Assembly: GCF_006345805.1 (NCBI RefSeq)
Contig: NW_021833420.1
Location: forward strand, 1-64,000
Direction: 5' to 3'
DNA from: Octopus sinensis
Taxonomy: Eukaryota
Length of the DNA: 64,000 nt
In this document: piece by piece, positions 24,780 to 36,552 of the stretch
How positions within the stretch are numbered: the stretch's first letter is position 1
Layout of the letters: the number at the start of each line of letters is the position of its first letter
The notes under the pieces: model-generated
Seen by the model: the letters and a program-made list of their open reading frames with translations, nothing else
Told to the model about the DNA's origin: nothing
Database searches by the model: none
Program-made: the position numbers and the translations under genes

Positions 24780-27049
24780 TCAATTAATTCTCATTGTAAT
24801 GAATCTGGAGCCTCTTCAGGACACACAACAAAAGGTGTTTCAAAAACACGTAGCTCGATTTTATCTTGTATTTCTTCAAATCTACTTTCAAATTTCTTCA
24901 AAAGACTTTCACACTCGTCAGAATGTTCCTTTACTGATTCGGTATTTTGCTCACTCAATTTCGGAAATTGTGTGAAGCACTTTCTTTTCACATGTGTGAC
25001 AAATAAAGAAAGCTTTTGATATAAGCAAACTGACTGTAGCCTTGTAGTTTCAAGTTCAAATGGTTTAAATGACTAGTTATACTAGTTATATTTACTAAAA
25101 ATGCTAAACCACTTCGAGACTTTTCATCTTCTAGTCCTATAATAGGAACACCTTTAATATCTATAAAAAATTTCACTTCTTCCTTCAGTTTATAAAATCG
25201 CTAAAGCATTTAGGCCTTACTTAACCACTTAATTTTACAATGGTACAATAAATCCCCATATTCGGCTTCAAGATTTTTCAAAAATTCTTTAAATTCCCTA
25301 TTATTCAACCCTTTGCTTTTTATCAAATTGACGGCTTTAGTTACAATTTTCATTACATTGCCCATCTTGGAAGATTTTGCACATAAAATTTCCATATGAA
25401 CAAAGCGGTGACACAAAGTTTCCGGATCCAAAAGACGCTTCTTAAATTCATTCCTAATCACAGTCACGAACCCTTTTTCACGACCTACCATAGATGGAGT
25501 GTCATCTGTAGCAAGACCACTCATTTTGTCATACGGTAAATCAAAATCCTTTAAGGCTGAGTCGACCATATGAAATAAATAGTCACCTCTAGTTGTTCTA
25601 TGCATTAACTTCAAGGCGAGTAATTCTTCCCGAATGTTGAATTTTGCAATTTTTCCACGTATAAATATTGCCATCTAAGCAGTATGAGACAGATCAGTTG
25701 TCTCATCAATAGCTAATGAATGCAATATGAATTCTGCTGGATCAGATTTTAAAGAATTTCGAATGTCATCAGCAATATCTTTAATACGATCAGAAACAGT
25801 TCTTCTTGATAAGCTAATATTTCCAAACACTAAATTTTTCTGGGCATATATTCTGAACAGCAGTAAGGATACATTCTTTCAGGAATTCACCATTGCTGTG
25901 TGGTTTGAATATTTTAGCAATATTTTCGCATACCGCATAAGTAGCTCGAGTTACTGATTCAGTTTCAAGAATCGGCTTTTAAAAAAAGCTTGTCTTTTGG
26001 ACAGATTTCTTTCAAGAAAGCTATTTTGTTCAAACGCTCAGATTCTTTCATAGGTCTTATGCTTACTCACAAAATGTCTCTCAATATTATATTTTTTAAT
26101 GAACGGCTTCTTGTTCGTTGCAAATAAGACAAATGCACTTGTTAACTATTTCGATGAAAAAAATAAAGCTCTGCCCATTTTTCATTTAAACAAAGCTCGT
26201 TCACCAGCATTTCCTTGTTTAGGATTTTTTATAACCGCCTGCCATATTGACAAGGATATCGAAAATCTGATTTAACAAAGTCAACAAAGTTAAAAACCGG
26301 TCGAATTTATATTATTACTTTCGGAATTTTAATTATTACCGCTTCCTGACAAAAGCGTAGTTGTAATGCATGCGTTCAGTGTTGTAAAACAGTAAAAAAT
26401 GAAAATCTGCAAAAAATTAAGATATTTCATGGTTCAGCAAGGCTTAACTTGATTTTTCTCTCTCCCTTGCCAATAAAGGTGTTGACAAGCGGGTGAGTAG
26501 GAAAGGGCGATAACTGATAGGTCGATGGTAGATGAAAGTAACTCCTGTTGACCTTCTTGACACTGGCTGATAGCAAAACTGCAACACCCCTTTCGAAAAC
26601 AGTTATTTTTTATTGCTTTTTCAGAAAAAGAAAAGTTGGTAATATGTTTTTATAATCCTGTTCACAAAGCACTAAATTTGTAGTTTCTGTTTCGATTAAG
26701 CTTTGCCAATTTGTTTTTAATTTTTAATAGAGTTTTAGACATTTTTTTGCTTATCGACACACAGAAAGACAGTGTGTGTCGATTTCGGAGATTTTTTTTT
26801 ATATGTTTTGTAGTAAAAACAAAATTTCCACTAAATTGGTGATTACTGGACGATTTCTGTTCGAGTCTCATCGTTTTAAGTCGTTGTTGAAATCCGAACT
26901 ATGTCGCAAACAGGTATACCAGTATTTTATAAATCTTATAATTGAAAAATTTACTTTATTTTGTACATACAAGTATATCAGCCTGCGGGTACAATAAAAT
27001 GGGCTCGCAGGCACAATTGTACCCGTAGGCGAGGGTTTCCCCACCCCTG
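24780..27049 (-). mobile_element. hAT (Charlie/SPIN-like) transposon, 3' truncated, degenerate
   Basis: 5' TIR caggggtggggaaac ending at 27049. Fragments SLAIDETTD, EELLAL, LATDDTPSMVG, KIKWLS, HLNHLNLKLQG. No second TIR found. Confidence 0.85.
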
Positions 27050-27431
27050 ATCTAAATCATCCCAGCCGTGATCATTCAGTTATTTTGATTTTTGGGTGGT
27101 GGTGTCAGTGAGTGTAATTGACAACTGCATCACCTAATGAGTCCTTTTCTATTTATAGACGGTAAGATGTGATTCTCAGAAAAGTGGTTGCACATGGAAC
27201 GAAGACGCCTATAGTGGCTCGTTTACTAGGATCTGTTTTTTTTTTGTATTTTCGTTTGCCGTCTAGTTTCACACACACGCATACACATACTCGCACGCGT
27301 ACGCACACATACACACACACATGCACACACACGCGCGCACATGCTGACGCTTACACACACGTACACGCGCACGCTAATACACTCACACGCATACATGTGC
27401 ACGCACACGCATATATAAACACACACGCATG

Positions 27432-27463
<32 letters not shown>

Positions 27464-27548
27464 CTAGTATGATTTGAGTAATATTTGGTTGCATTTTCTA
27501 GCAAATCGAACAAGTTCGGACATTGTGAGTTATTTGAATTAACAAGTA

Positions 27549-27580
<32 letters not shown>

Positions 27581-27584
<4 letters not shown>

Positions 27585-28753
27585 GTATAGTAAAAAATTA
27601 TACGCACTCTTGATATTCTCAATATATTTACACAAATGTAGGGATAAACAAGTACGTCATTTTTCTACATAGTCTCCCTCGTTTTCGATGCCCTTAGTCC
27701 TGCAGTCCACAAACTTGTGTATTCACTCCAAGAAGGTTGGGCATGCAACCATTTATGCACCGCTTCCTCCACATCTTCATCTGTAGGATATCGACGAACT
27801 CGTAAACCATCATTGCGCGGTCCAAAGATATGATATTTGGAAGGGGCGAGATCTGGGCTATAGGCAGGGTGTTCCAGTACCTCAAAACCTAATTGGTTAA
27901 TGGTTTCAACGGTCTGGGCAGCTGTGAGTGGGCATTTTCATGTAACAACAAAGCATTCTTTGACAATAGACTTCGGCGTTTGGTTGCGAATTGCTGGCTT
28001 CAGTTTGATAGCCAGCAAAGCACTGTATCTTGCACTGTTGATCGTACACCCCTTTTCCAAGGGTACATCCTTTTTCGTCAAAAAAGGGTTAGCCTCACTT
28101 TTCCTGCGGAAGACTGAATCTTGAATGCCTTCGTCGCTGGCGATCCAGGATGTTTCCACTCCATACTCTGTCTTTTGGATTTTGCCTCAAAAGGATGGAC
28201 CCACGTTTCATCTCCTGTGACTATTCGGCTTAAAAATTCCTCGTCCTCTTTGTAGTAGCGATCGAGTAAACATTGACAGACCTCAAAACGTTTGCGCTTT
28301 AGCTCTGCAGTAAGCTCTCTTGGCACCCACTTGCACAGACTTTATGGAAGCCGAGCTCATCGTGGATGATTTGATAGGCAGAACTATGACTAATCTGCAG
28401 AGAACGAGCTACCTCAGCGATGATAAATCGCCGGTTCACCATTACTATCTCTCGAGCTTGCTGAATCTTCTCGTCAGTGGTGGAGGATGGCAGGTTCCGA
28501 TGAATTTCTGCAACTGACACACCTTCCGACCAGAGAAATCGGATCACTGCTCTTTGTTCTTCTTCGGCGCACATTGCTAGTGGGGCGACCATACTTACAC
28601 TGTAAAGCCAGAAAGAAGAATGGAGCAATCAGATTCAAACTTCGATCACGTGGCAGGAATAAATCTAACTATAAGCACGCATGCGCAGAAGGCAGTGTGA
28701 CAATAATAAAAATATGTTATGGCAAAAGTGCGGATAATATTTGACTTCCCCTC

Positions 28754-28754
<1 letters not shown>
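27581..28754 (-). mobile_element. Mariner element, degenerate
   Basis: TA-flanked TIRs cgaggtatagtaaaaaattatacgcact / agtgcggataatatttgacttcccctcg. EEEQRAVIRFLWSEG, IVTGDETWVH, SAGKV fragments. Confidence 0.92.
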
Positions 28755-28807
<53 letters not shown>

Positions 28808-28812
<5 letters not shown>

Positions 28813-29199
28813 TAAGGAAAAATTTTTTTTTAAATGCAGAATGCTCAAATGAAAGAAAATTTTAATAAAATGAGAAATTGATAAAATATATAAATATATA
28901 TTTATTCAACCGGTTTTCGTCATTGTATGACTTGTCAAGAATATTTATGTTTTAAAAAGTTTTTTTTGAATTTTATCATTATTCTTTTACAAAAAACAAT
29001 GCAATTTTCTTTTTTTCATTTTTTCCCCTTTCTAATTTTTAAAAAAACTTTTTAAAACATAAATATTCTTGACAAGTCATACAATGACGAAAACCGGTTG
29101 AATAAATATATATTTATATATTTTATCAATTTCTCATTTTATAAAAATTTTCTTTCATTTGAGCATTCTGCATTTAAAAAAAAATTTTTCCTTACTTAT
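28808..29199. repeat. Near-perfect inverted repeat (160-bp arms, ~73-bp spacer), PLE-terminus-like
   Basis: 28808-28967 is the reverse complement of 29041-29199 with one mismatch seen. Each arm carries a hammerhead-like motif. Confidence 0.92.
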
Positions 29200-29246
29200 C
29201 ATTTCTCCACGTGCGGTCAACACAACCCCACCATTTATTGAACTAT

Positions 29247-29278
<32 letters not shown>

Positions 29279-29541
29279 ACCCTCTGCATGCTAAATTCCA
29301 GTTTCAGTCGAAAATCACTACGATTGTGAATAAAAGGCTCCCTCAGTTAATTCATCTGAAGATTAACCAGTTATTTAACAAGGCTCATATTTGTGGCGCT
29401 AATGTTGGAGATAGTATTCAGGATATTTTCGATAAATAGTCTCCCATGGCCGCAGTCAAATGACTAAAACATATAAAAGAATAAAAGTATACATATACTT
29501 AAGCGCTCGCACAGACACATGCACAAACGCGCGCGCACATG

Positions 29542-29578
<37 letters not shown>

Positions 29579-30002
29579 ACACATACACACACACACAAAA
29601 CACACTATCCGTTCCGGTTGTTTGTATTTGAGTTCAAATACTGCTAAGGTCAACTTTCTCTTTCATTTCGTGTAGGCTAAAACAATGTACTAGTCAAGTA
29701 CTAGTAGCTGTGATATCGACTGCTCTCTCCACACAAAATTGCTGGTCTTGTATCTAAATTAGAAACCATTATCTTCCCTATTCCTCTTACCCTCAATCTC
29801 ATTCGCTCACATTTCCCATCTTCCAGTCTTTTTTTCTCACCTATTCCTCTCTGATTTACTCCGACTTTCTTCACTTTCGTCTCGTAATCTTTCACTCGTT
29901 GTTTTATCCCAACCGCCGCCTGTCCTGTCCGTGTTTATTTGTTTCGTTTCTGTCCCAATTTTTGAAAAATAAAATAGAATAAATTACTACTACTACTACT
30001 AC

Positions 30003-30109
<107 letters not shown>

Positions 30110-31598
30110 TGTGCAAATCATAAATGTGCAAAGGCTACCTTTATCAAAGGAAAAATGACAGAAACATCTAACGTTAACCTTGACCAGCAGAATGTCATAA
30201 AAGAACTAGACCCAGCGGAGAGCTACAAGTACCTAGGGGTAATTGAAGGGAACGGAATAAGGCATTCAGAGATGAAGGAAAGGATCAGGAGAGAATGCTA
30301 TCGAAGAGTGAGAGCAATACTCAAGACAGAGCTGAATGCAAGAAACAGGATCAAAGCGATCAATGCATTAGCTATACCAGTCGTGACTTACAGTTTCAAT
30401 ATTGTTAACTGGTCAATTACTGAAATATGTCAGCTCGACAGAAAAATAAGGAAACTGTTGACAATGCATAGAATGCACCACCCTAAGGCAGATACAGAAC
30501 GACTCTATGTGCCAAGAAAAGAGGGAGGCCGTGGTCTTTTGCAACTGGCAATAACAATGAAGATTGCTACAATTGGCCTAGACACCTACCTGAAAAACTC
30601 TGAGGACTGGATGTTAAAACTTGTCTCAAAACATGAAAACAAGAAAGCATCATACTCAGTCACAAAACAGGCAAAGGAATATCTAAGTGAATTCCGAATA
30701 CAACCAATTTCGGAATTAGAGATAGATATACAAGAAACAAGCACAGAAAAAGCTAGGCGCATGAAAACCCGTGCCAAAACTGCGGCCTTAGATATTCTGA
30801 ATAATAAATGGCAAGAGAAACCTCGCTATGGCAAATACCCAAAGAGAGCGAATAATGCAGATATCGACAAAGCCCTGACCCATCAATGGCTAATGGCCTC
30901 TGGCTTAAAATCTGAAACAGAGGGGTTTATCATAGCAGCTCAAGATCAATGCCTACCAACAAGAAACTACCAGGCCAACATATTAAAGAACGGCAGTAGC
31001 CCAACATGTCGTGTATGCCGACAACAAAATGAAACCATTGACCATGTTGTCTCCAAATGCAGTCTTCTATCGCCTACAGAGTACCTCAGTAGGCATGATA
31101 GAGCTGCACAATATATTCACTGGGTAATTTGCAAAAACCTGGATTTGCCCCATGAAAAAAACTGGTGGGAACACAATCCACCTCCTGTGCATGAAAATGA
31201 CCACATCTCACTCCTCTGGAACTTCACCATTCAAACTGACAGGAAGATAGATGCAAATAGGCCAGACATTATATTGAAAGACTTCAGACAAAGAACATGC
31301 CTCCTCATTGATATGACTGTCCCAATCGATATAAACGTATCTGTCAAGACCTACCAAAAACTGAGCAAATATAAAGATCTTGAAATAGAAATCAGCAAAA
31401 TGTGGAAGCTGAAGACTAAAACAATACCTGTTGTCATAGGTGCCCTGGGAATGATAGCGAAAGGGACTGATTGCTACCTAACTCAGATACCAGGAAACCC
31501 CAAAATGGCAGAAATTCAAAAAATAGTGCTCATGGGAACTGCTCATATCCTACGCAAAATACTCTCTATGTAATCCCAAGGTTTAAAACAAACTTTTT

Positions 31599-31639
<41 letters not shown>

Positions 31640-31779
31640 TGTATTAGACATTCACTAGTACAACACCAAAAAAAAACCCCAAATATATGGCACAGAACTT
31701 CCAACCTGTTGTCTCTTGAGGTCTCTGGGTGAGACTTGGAGCCAACTTGTACAGACATAAAGCAAAAGTCAAACATGGA
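30110..31779 (+). mobile_element. R4/Dong-clade non-LTR retrotransposon, 5' truncated, between (TAA)n tracts
   Basis: Open 472-aa ORF (next feature), 3' UTR, and (TAA)n on both sides (about 30001-30108 and 31780-31890). Confidence 0.92.
30155..31573 (+). CDS. RT C-terminus, CCHC knuckle and restriction-like endonuclease of an R4/Dong element
   Basis: YKYLG, HPKADTERLY..RKEGGRGL, AAQDQCLPTRNY, CRVC...ETIDHVVSKC, RHD, RPDIILKD, LIDMTVP, KLSKYKDL. Confidence 0.9.
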   Translation: MTETSNVNLDQQNVIKELDPAESYKYLGVIEGNGIRHSEMKERIRRECYRRVRAILKTELNARNRIKAINALAIPVVTYSFNIVNWSITEICQLDRKIRKLLTMHRMHHPKADTERLYVPRKEGGRGLLQLAITMKIATIGLDTYLKNSEDWMLKLVSKHENKKASYSVTKQAKEYLSEFRIQPISELEIDIQETSTEKARRMKTRAKTAALDILNNKWQEKPRYGKYPKRANNADIDKALTHQWLMASGLKSETEGFIIAAQDQCLPTRNYQANILKNGSSPTCRVCRQQNETIDHVVSKCSLLSPTEYLSRHDRAAQYIHWVICKNLDLPHEKNWWEHNPPPVHENDHISLLWNFTIQTDRKIDANRPDIILKDFRQRTCLLIDMTVPIDINVSVKTYQKLSKYKDLEIEISKMWKLKTKTIPVVIGALGMIAKGTDCYLTQIPGNPKMAEIQKIVLMGTAHILRKILSM

Positions 31780-31782
31780 ATA

Positions 31783-31856
<74 letters not shown>

Positions 31857-32772
31857 TAATAATAATAATGATATTAATGATAATAATAATAAAATTGTAA
31901 TAGTTTATTTTGTTGTTGATTCAGAGGGCGCCAGTGTGACTAGGTCTGATCTGAAAATATTTGTTTTTCTTTTGACTTCGATGTTAAAACTTACTTCTGG
32001 CTTTTCACCACCAAGTTGTGATGTGGAGGTGTTTAGTGCGTGCGTGCGTGTGTGTGTATATGTGTGTGTGTGTGTGAACGTGTGTGCGCGCGTGCGTTTA
32101 TGAGTGTGTGCACGTGTGCGTGTGTGTGAATGTGAATGCTCGTGTGCGTGTGCGAAGGAGAGAGAGAGAGAGAAATAGAGAGAGTGTATGGATAATGGAA
32201 GAGGAGTGGGGGTAGGAAGATGTGAAGACTTGCGATTTGGTTGGCAGCAAGGAATTCTCAGCGAAAAATGCCAAAATGGTTTTCATAAATAAAAAGAAAA
32301 CCCCAAAGTATCAGGAAACAAGAAACGAAAACAGAAATCGAAAAAAGGGACACAAAGACATAGATTTTAAGGAAGAATTATAAGTCAATATAAATGGTAG
32401 AACGACAAAATGAATAAATGAATGAAAATAGATATTTGAATGAATGAAAGAATTAAAACATGAGTGAAAGAATTACAGAAAGAGTCTGTACTCCCCAACA
32501 ACAACAACATCAGCAACACCAGCAGCAACAACAAAAACGACATGAATAACAACAACAACAACACAATACTGCACACATTTCAAAGAATGTAGCAGGTGTG
32601 CTGTTGAAATTTGCCTGAAACTATCAAATGCCAAATAATAATAACTTTTTCTACTATAGGCACAAGGCCTGACATTTTAAAGGGAGTAGTGAGTCAATTA
32701 CATCGACTTCCTCAAAAAAACTGCTCGCCCCGTGACAAAATTACTATTATTATTATTATTATTATTATTATT

Positions 32773-33223
32773 GAGTGAGAGAGCAGTTCATGCCATCAAA
32801 GTGACACTGGGGTAAAATATACGAAGCCCAATATACCCATCATGACTACCCGTCTGATAAGGGTACACCAGGAACATGCATCACAACCATATGTGCGCGA
32901 CATGGTGATCTCATATCAAGGTAAACAACGCATGAACTTGCAGATGGAGCCTAGTTAGAATTTTCTTCAGGTTGAGTAGCCCATCCCGCTATGATGCTCC
33001 CCCACTACTTCTGCTCGTGATCAGAGATGCACATATCGTCAGCCATTAAGGGACATGGTCAACTGGTTAAGGTCAAACAACTGACAAGCAAATCTGTGGT
33101 ATTGAGCAGAATATTTGCTGTAGCCCATCTTTTATACCAAGACAAAACAATGTACATCATGACACTTCCAATCAGTTAAGATCAGAAGCCATGAGAGCCA
33201 CTGCCTGGTACTGCATCAGGGCA
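32773..33223 (-). repeat. (AAT)n-tailed unclassified repeat with internal deletion
   Basis: Same family as 35575-36112; deletion junction at a gct microhomology (about 32990); tail at 32745-32772. Confidence 0.85.
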
Positions 33224-33262
33224 TTGCTCCCCCACTACTTCTGCTCGTGATCAGAGATGCAC

Positions 33263-33332
<70 letters not shown>

Positions 33333-33333
<1 letters not shown>

Positions 33334-33885
33334 CTTCCTAATACAGTGTAGGTAAAAATGCACCGGAGTCTTTAGTCATCAGACAGATAATACTTTCCTT
33401 AAGGCGTGCGCTGTACCCAACAAGGCTGATTTTTGCAAGACATCAATCTTGCATGGGATTTCCAGTTGTTTTAAGAAGACTTGAAGTATCACTTTTACAT
33501 TACCTCTCGCAATCCATACAGTCTTGCCATTTCCACTTTCAATTCGGAATACTTGGTGATTTTTTCAACCTCTTTACTCACAATAATCATGTCATTTGGT
33601 ATGGCTAAATTAATGATCTGATAGTATGTGAATTACCCAAACCCCAAAGAATTACTCTTAACACATGGCTATGATGCTCCCCCACTACTTCTGCTCGTGA
33701 TCAGAGATGCACATCTCGTCAGCCACTGAGGTGACATACACAAATTGTTAAGGTCAAACAACTGACAAGCAAATCTGTGGCATTGAGCAGAATATTTGTT
33801 GTAGCCCATATTTTATACCAAGACAAAACAATGTACATGATAACACTTCCAATCAGTTAAGATGAGAAGCCATAAAAGCCACTGC
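33333..33885 (-). mobile_element. Chimera: 5' half of the (AAT)n-tailed repeat (33885-33628) joined to a Dong-type 3' end (33610-33333)
   Basis: Dong part reads LAIPND..KEVEKITKYSELKVE...LQKSALLGTAHALRKVLSV*, followed by an (AAT)n tail. Confidence 0.75.
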
Positions 33886-33959
33886 TTATCGATAAAAGAA
33901 GTATCAGTTGAACACTGGGTTCGATGTAATCAACTCATCCACACCTTTCTCAACCTGCC

Positions 33960-34591
33960 ATTGTGACAAAAATTTGTATCATTCTGGCAGAATCTTTAGC
34001 GCGTCGGAGGAAATGCTTAGCGGTATTTCACCCGTTGCTACGTACTGAGTTTTATATTCCGCCGAGGTCGACTTTGCTTTTTATCTTTTCGGTGTCGACA
34101 AACTGAGTACCAGTGAAACACTGGGTGTCGATGTAATCGACTACGCCCTCCCTCAAAATTTCACGTATTGTGCCTATTGTCGAAAGGATTAATATTTTTA
34201 TACTGGCAGAATCGTTAGCACGCCGGGCGAAATGCGTAGCCGTATTTCGTCTGCCGTTACGTTCTGAGTTCAAATTCCGCCGAGGTCGACTTTGCCGTTC
34301 ATCCTTTCGGGGTCGATTAAATAAGTACTAGTTATGCACTGGTGTCGATGTAATCGACTTAATCCGTGTATCTGTCCTTGTTTGTCCCCTCTGTGTTTAG
34401 ACCCTTGTGGGTAGTAAAGAAATAGGTATTTCGTCTGCCGTTACGTTCTGAGTACAAATTCCGTCACGATCAACCTTGCCCTACATCCTTTCCGGGTCGA
34501 CAAATTAAATACCAGTAAAACACTGGGTGTCGATGTAATCGACTAGTCCCCTCCCACCAAATTATAGGCCTTGTGCATATAGTAGAAAGGA

Positions 34592-34592
<1 letters not shown>
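33960..34592 (+). mobile_element. tRNA-SINE family A, multimeric array
   Basis: Three body copies; the same internal junction as 4483-5126; (ATT)n tail. Confidence 0.85.
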
Positions 34593-34629
<37 letters not shown>

Positions 34630-35460
34630 TAGTTTTATTTTTATAGCGTGCTTTCACTTCACTACCGAGCGCAGCTCTGTGTGCCTTGGGTATGTGCTGT
34701 GATTTGTTGTGATGCTTTGATGGTTATTGTATGGAAAGTGTTCTGCGTAGGATGTGTGCAGTGCCTAGTAGTGCAATTTTCTGTATGTTATATGTGTTTG
34801 TAAGTCCTGGTGTTTTTGTTATGTATTTGTCTGAATATTTTTTTATCATGCCTAATGCACCTACTATGATAGGAATTGTTTCTGTTTTCAGATTCCACAT
34901 TCTAGTTACCTCTATTTCCAGGTCTTTGTATTTTGAGAGTTTCTACATTTCTTTTAGAGACACGTTGTCATCAGCCGGTATTGATACATCAATTAGAAAG
35001 CATTTTTTTTCTTCATGGTCTCTGACAACTATATCTGGTCTGTTGGCCTTAATTTCTCTATCTGTGTGTATCGGCATATCCCAGAGTATGGTTGCTTTCT
35101 CGTTTTCTGTGACCTTTTCTGGTGTGTGCCTATACCATCTTTTTTCTGTTGTTATTCCATAATGTTGGCATAGCTTCCAATGTATGTAGGTTCCAACTCT
35201 GCCATGTCTGTGAATATATTCCTTCTTAGCCAGGACTGGGCAGCTAGAGATAATATGATTTATTGTTTCTTGTCCATCTCCACATATTCTGCAGTTACTT
35301 GTTATATTTCTTTTCATTACATGTTTTTGGTAATTTCTGGTGGGGAGGCTTTGGTCTTGTGCTGCGATTAAAAATCCCTCTGTCTCTGCTTTGAGTCCTG
35401 AACTTCTCAACCATTGCTGGGATTTTTCTTTGTCTATTTCTTTTGCGTTTAGTTTAGTCC

Positions 35461-35540
<80 letters not shown>

Positions 35541-35574
35541 CATTGTTGTTATTATTATTATTGTTATTATTATT

Positions 35575-36112
35575 GAGTGAAAGAGCAGTGCATGCTATCA
35601 AAGTGACACTAGGGTAAAGTATACGAAACGCAGAATAGCCATCGTGACTACCCATCTGATAAGGATGCACCAGGCACATACATCACAACCATATGTGCGT
35701 GACATAGCGATCTCTTGTCAAGGTAAACAACGCATGACCTTGCAGGTGAGGTCCAGTCGAGTAGCCCATCCCGCTCAAAAGGTCCCTGAATAAGATTTGT
35801 TTAAGGATGATGAACGAAGCATCCATGTTTCCAGAGGTGAATTATTCAAACCCCAAAAGAATTCCTTTCAGCACATGGCTATGATACCCCCCTACTACTT
35901 CAGTTCGTGATCAGAGATGCATATATCGTCAACCACTCAGGAACACTCTCAACTGATTAAGGTCAAACTACTGACAAGCAAATGTGTGACATTGAGATGA
36001 ATATTTGCTGTAGCCCATCATTTATACTGAGAGAAAACATGTACATAATAACACTTCCATTCAGTTAAGATGAAAAGCCATGAGAGTCAGTGCCTGGTAT
36101 TGCATCAGGGCA
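35575..36112 (-). repeat. (AAT)n-tailed unclassified repeat, most complete copy (~540 bp)
   Basis: 5' tgccctgatgca...; 3' ...ctttcactc followed by about 110 bp of (AAT)n (35462-35574). Confidence 0.85.
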
Positions 36113-36174
36113 TGCAATCTATGGTACTGAGTAAACTATTTTTTGTAGCCCACCTCGCATACCATGACAAAACA

Positions 36175-36407
36175 TGAAAGTGGAAATGGCAAGACTGTAT
36201 GGAATGCGAGAGGTAATGTAAAAGTGATACTTCAAGTCTTCTTAAAACAACTGGAAATCCCATGCAAGATTGATGTCTTGCAAAAATCAGCCTCGTTGGG
36301 TACAGCGCACACCCTAAGGAAAGTATTATCTGTCTGGGGTCTTTGTTATAACTAAGACAGATGACTAAAGACTTCGGTGCAGTTTTACCTACACTGTATT
36401 AGGAAGG
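36175..36407 (+). mobile_element. Dong-type 3' end fragment (third subfamily)
   Basis: LKQLEIPCKIDVLQKSASLGTAHTLRKVLSV; highly similar to 33333-33545 (inverted); (AAC/AAT)n tail. Confidence 0.8.
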
Positions 36408-36437
36408 AACAATAACAACAACAACAACAACAACAAC

Positions 36438-36477
<40 letters not shown>

Positions 36478-36499
36478 TAATAATAATAATATTATTATT

Positions 36500-36552
<53 letters not shown>

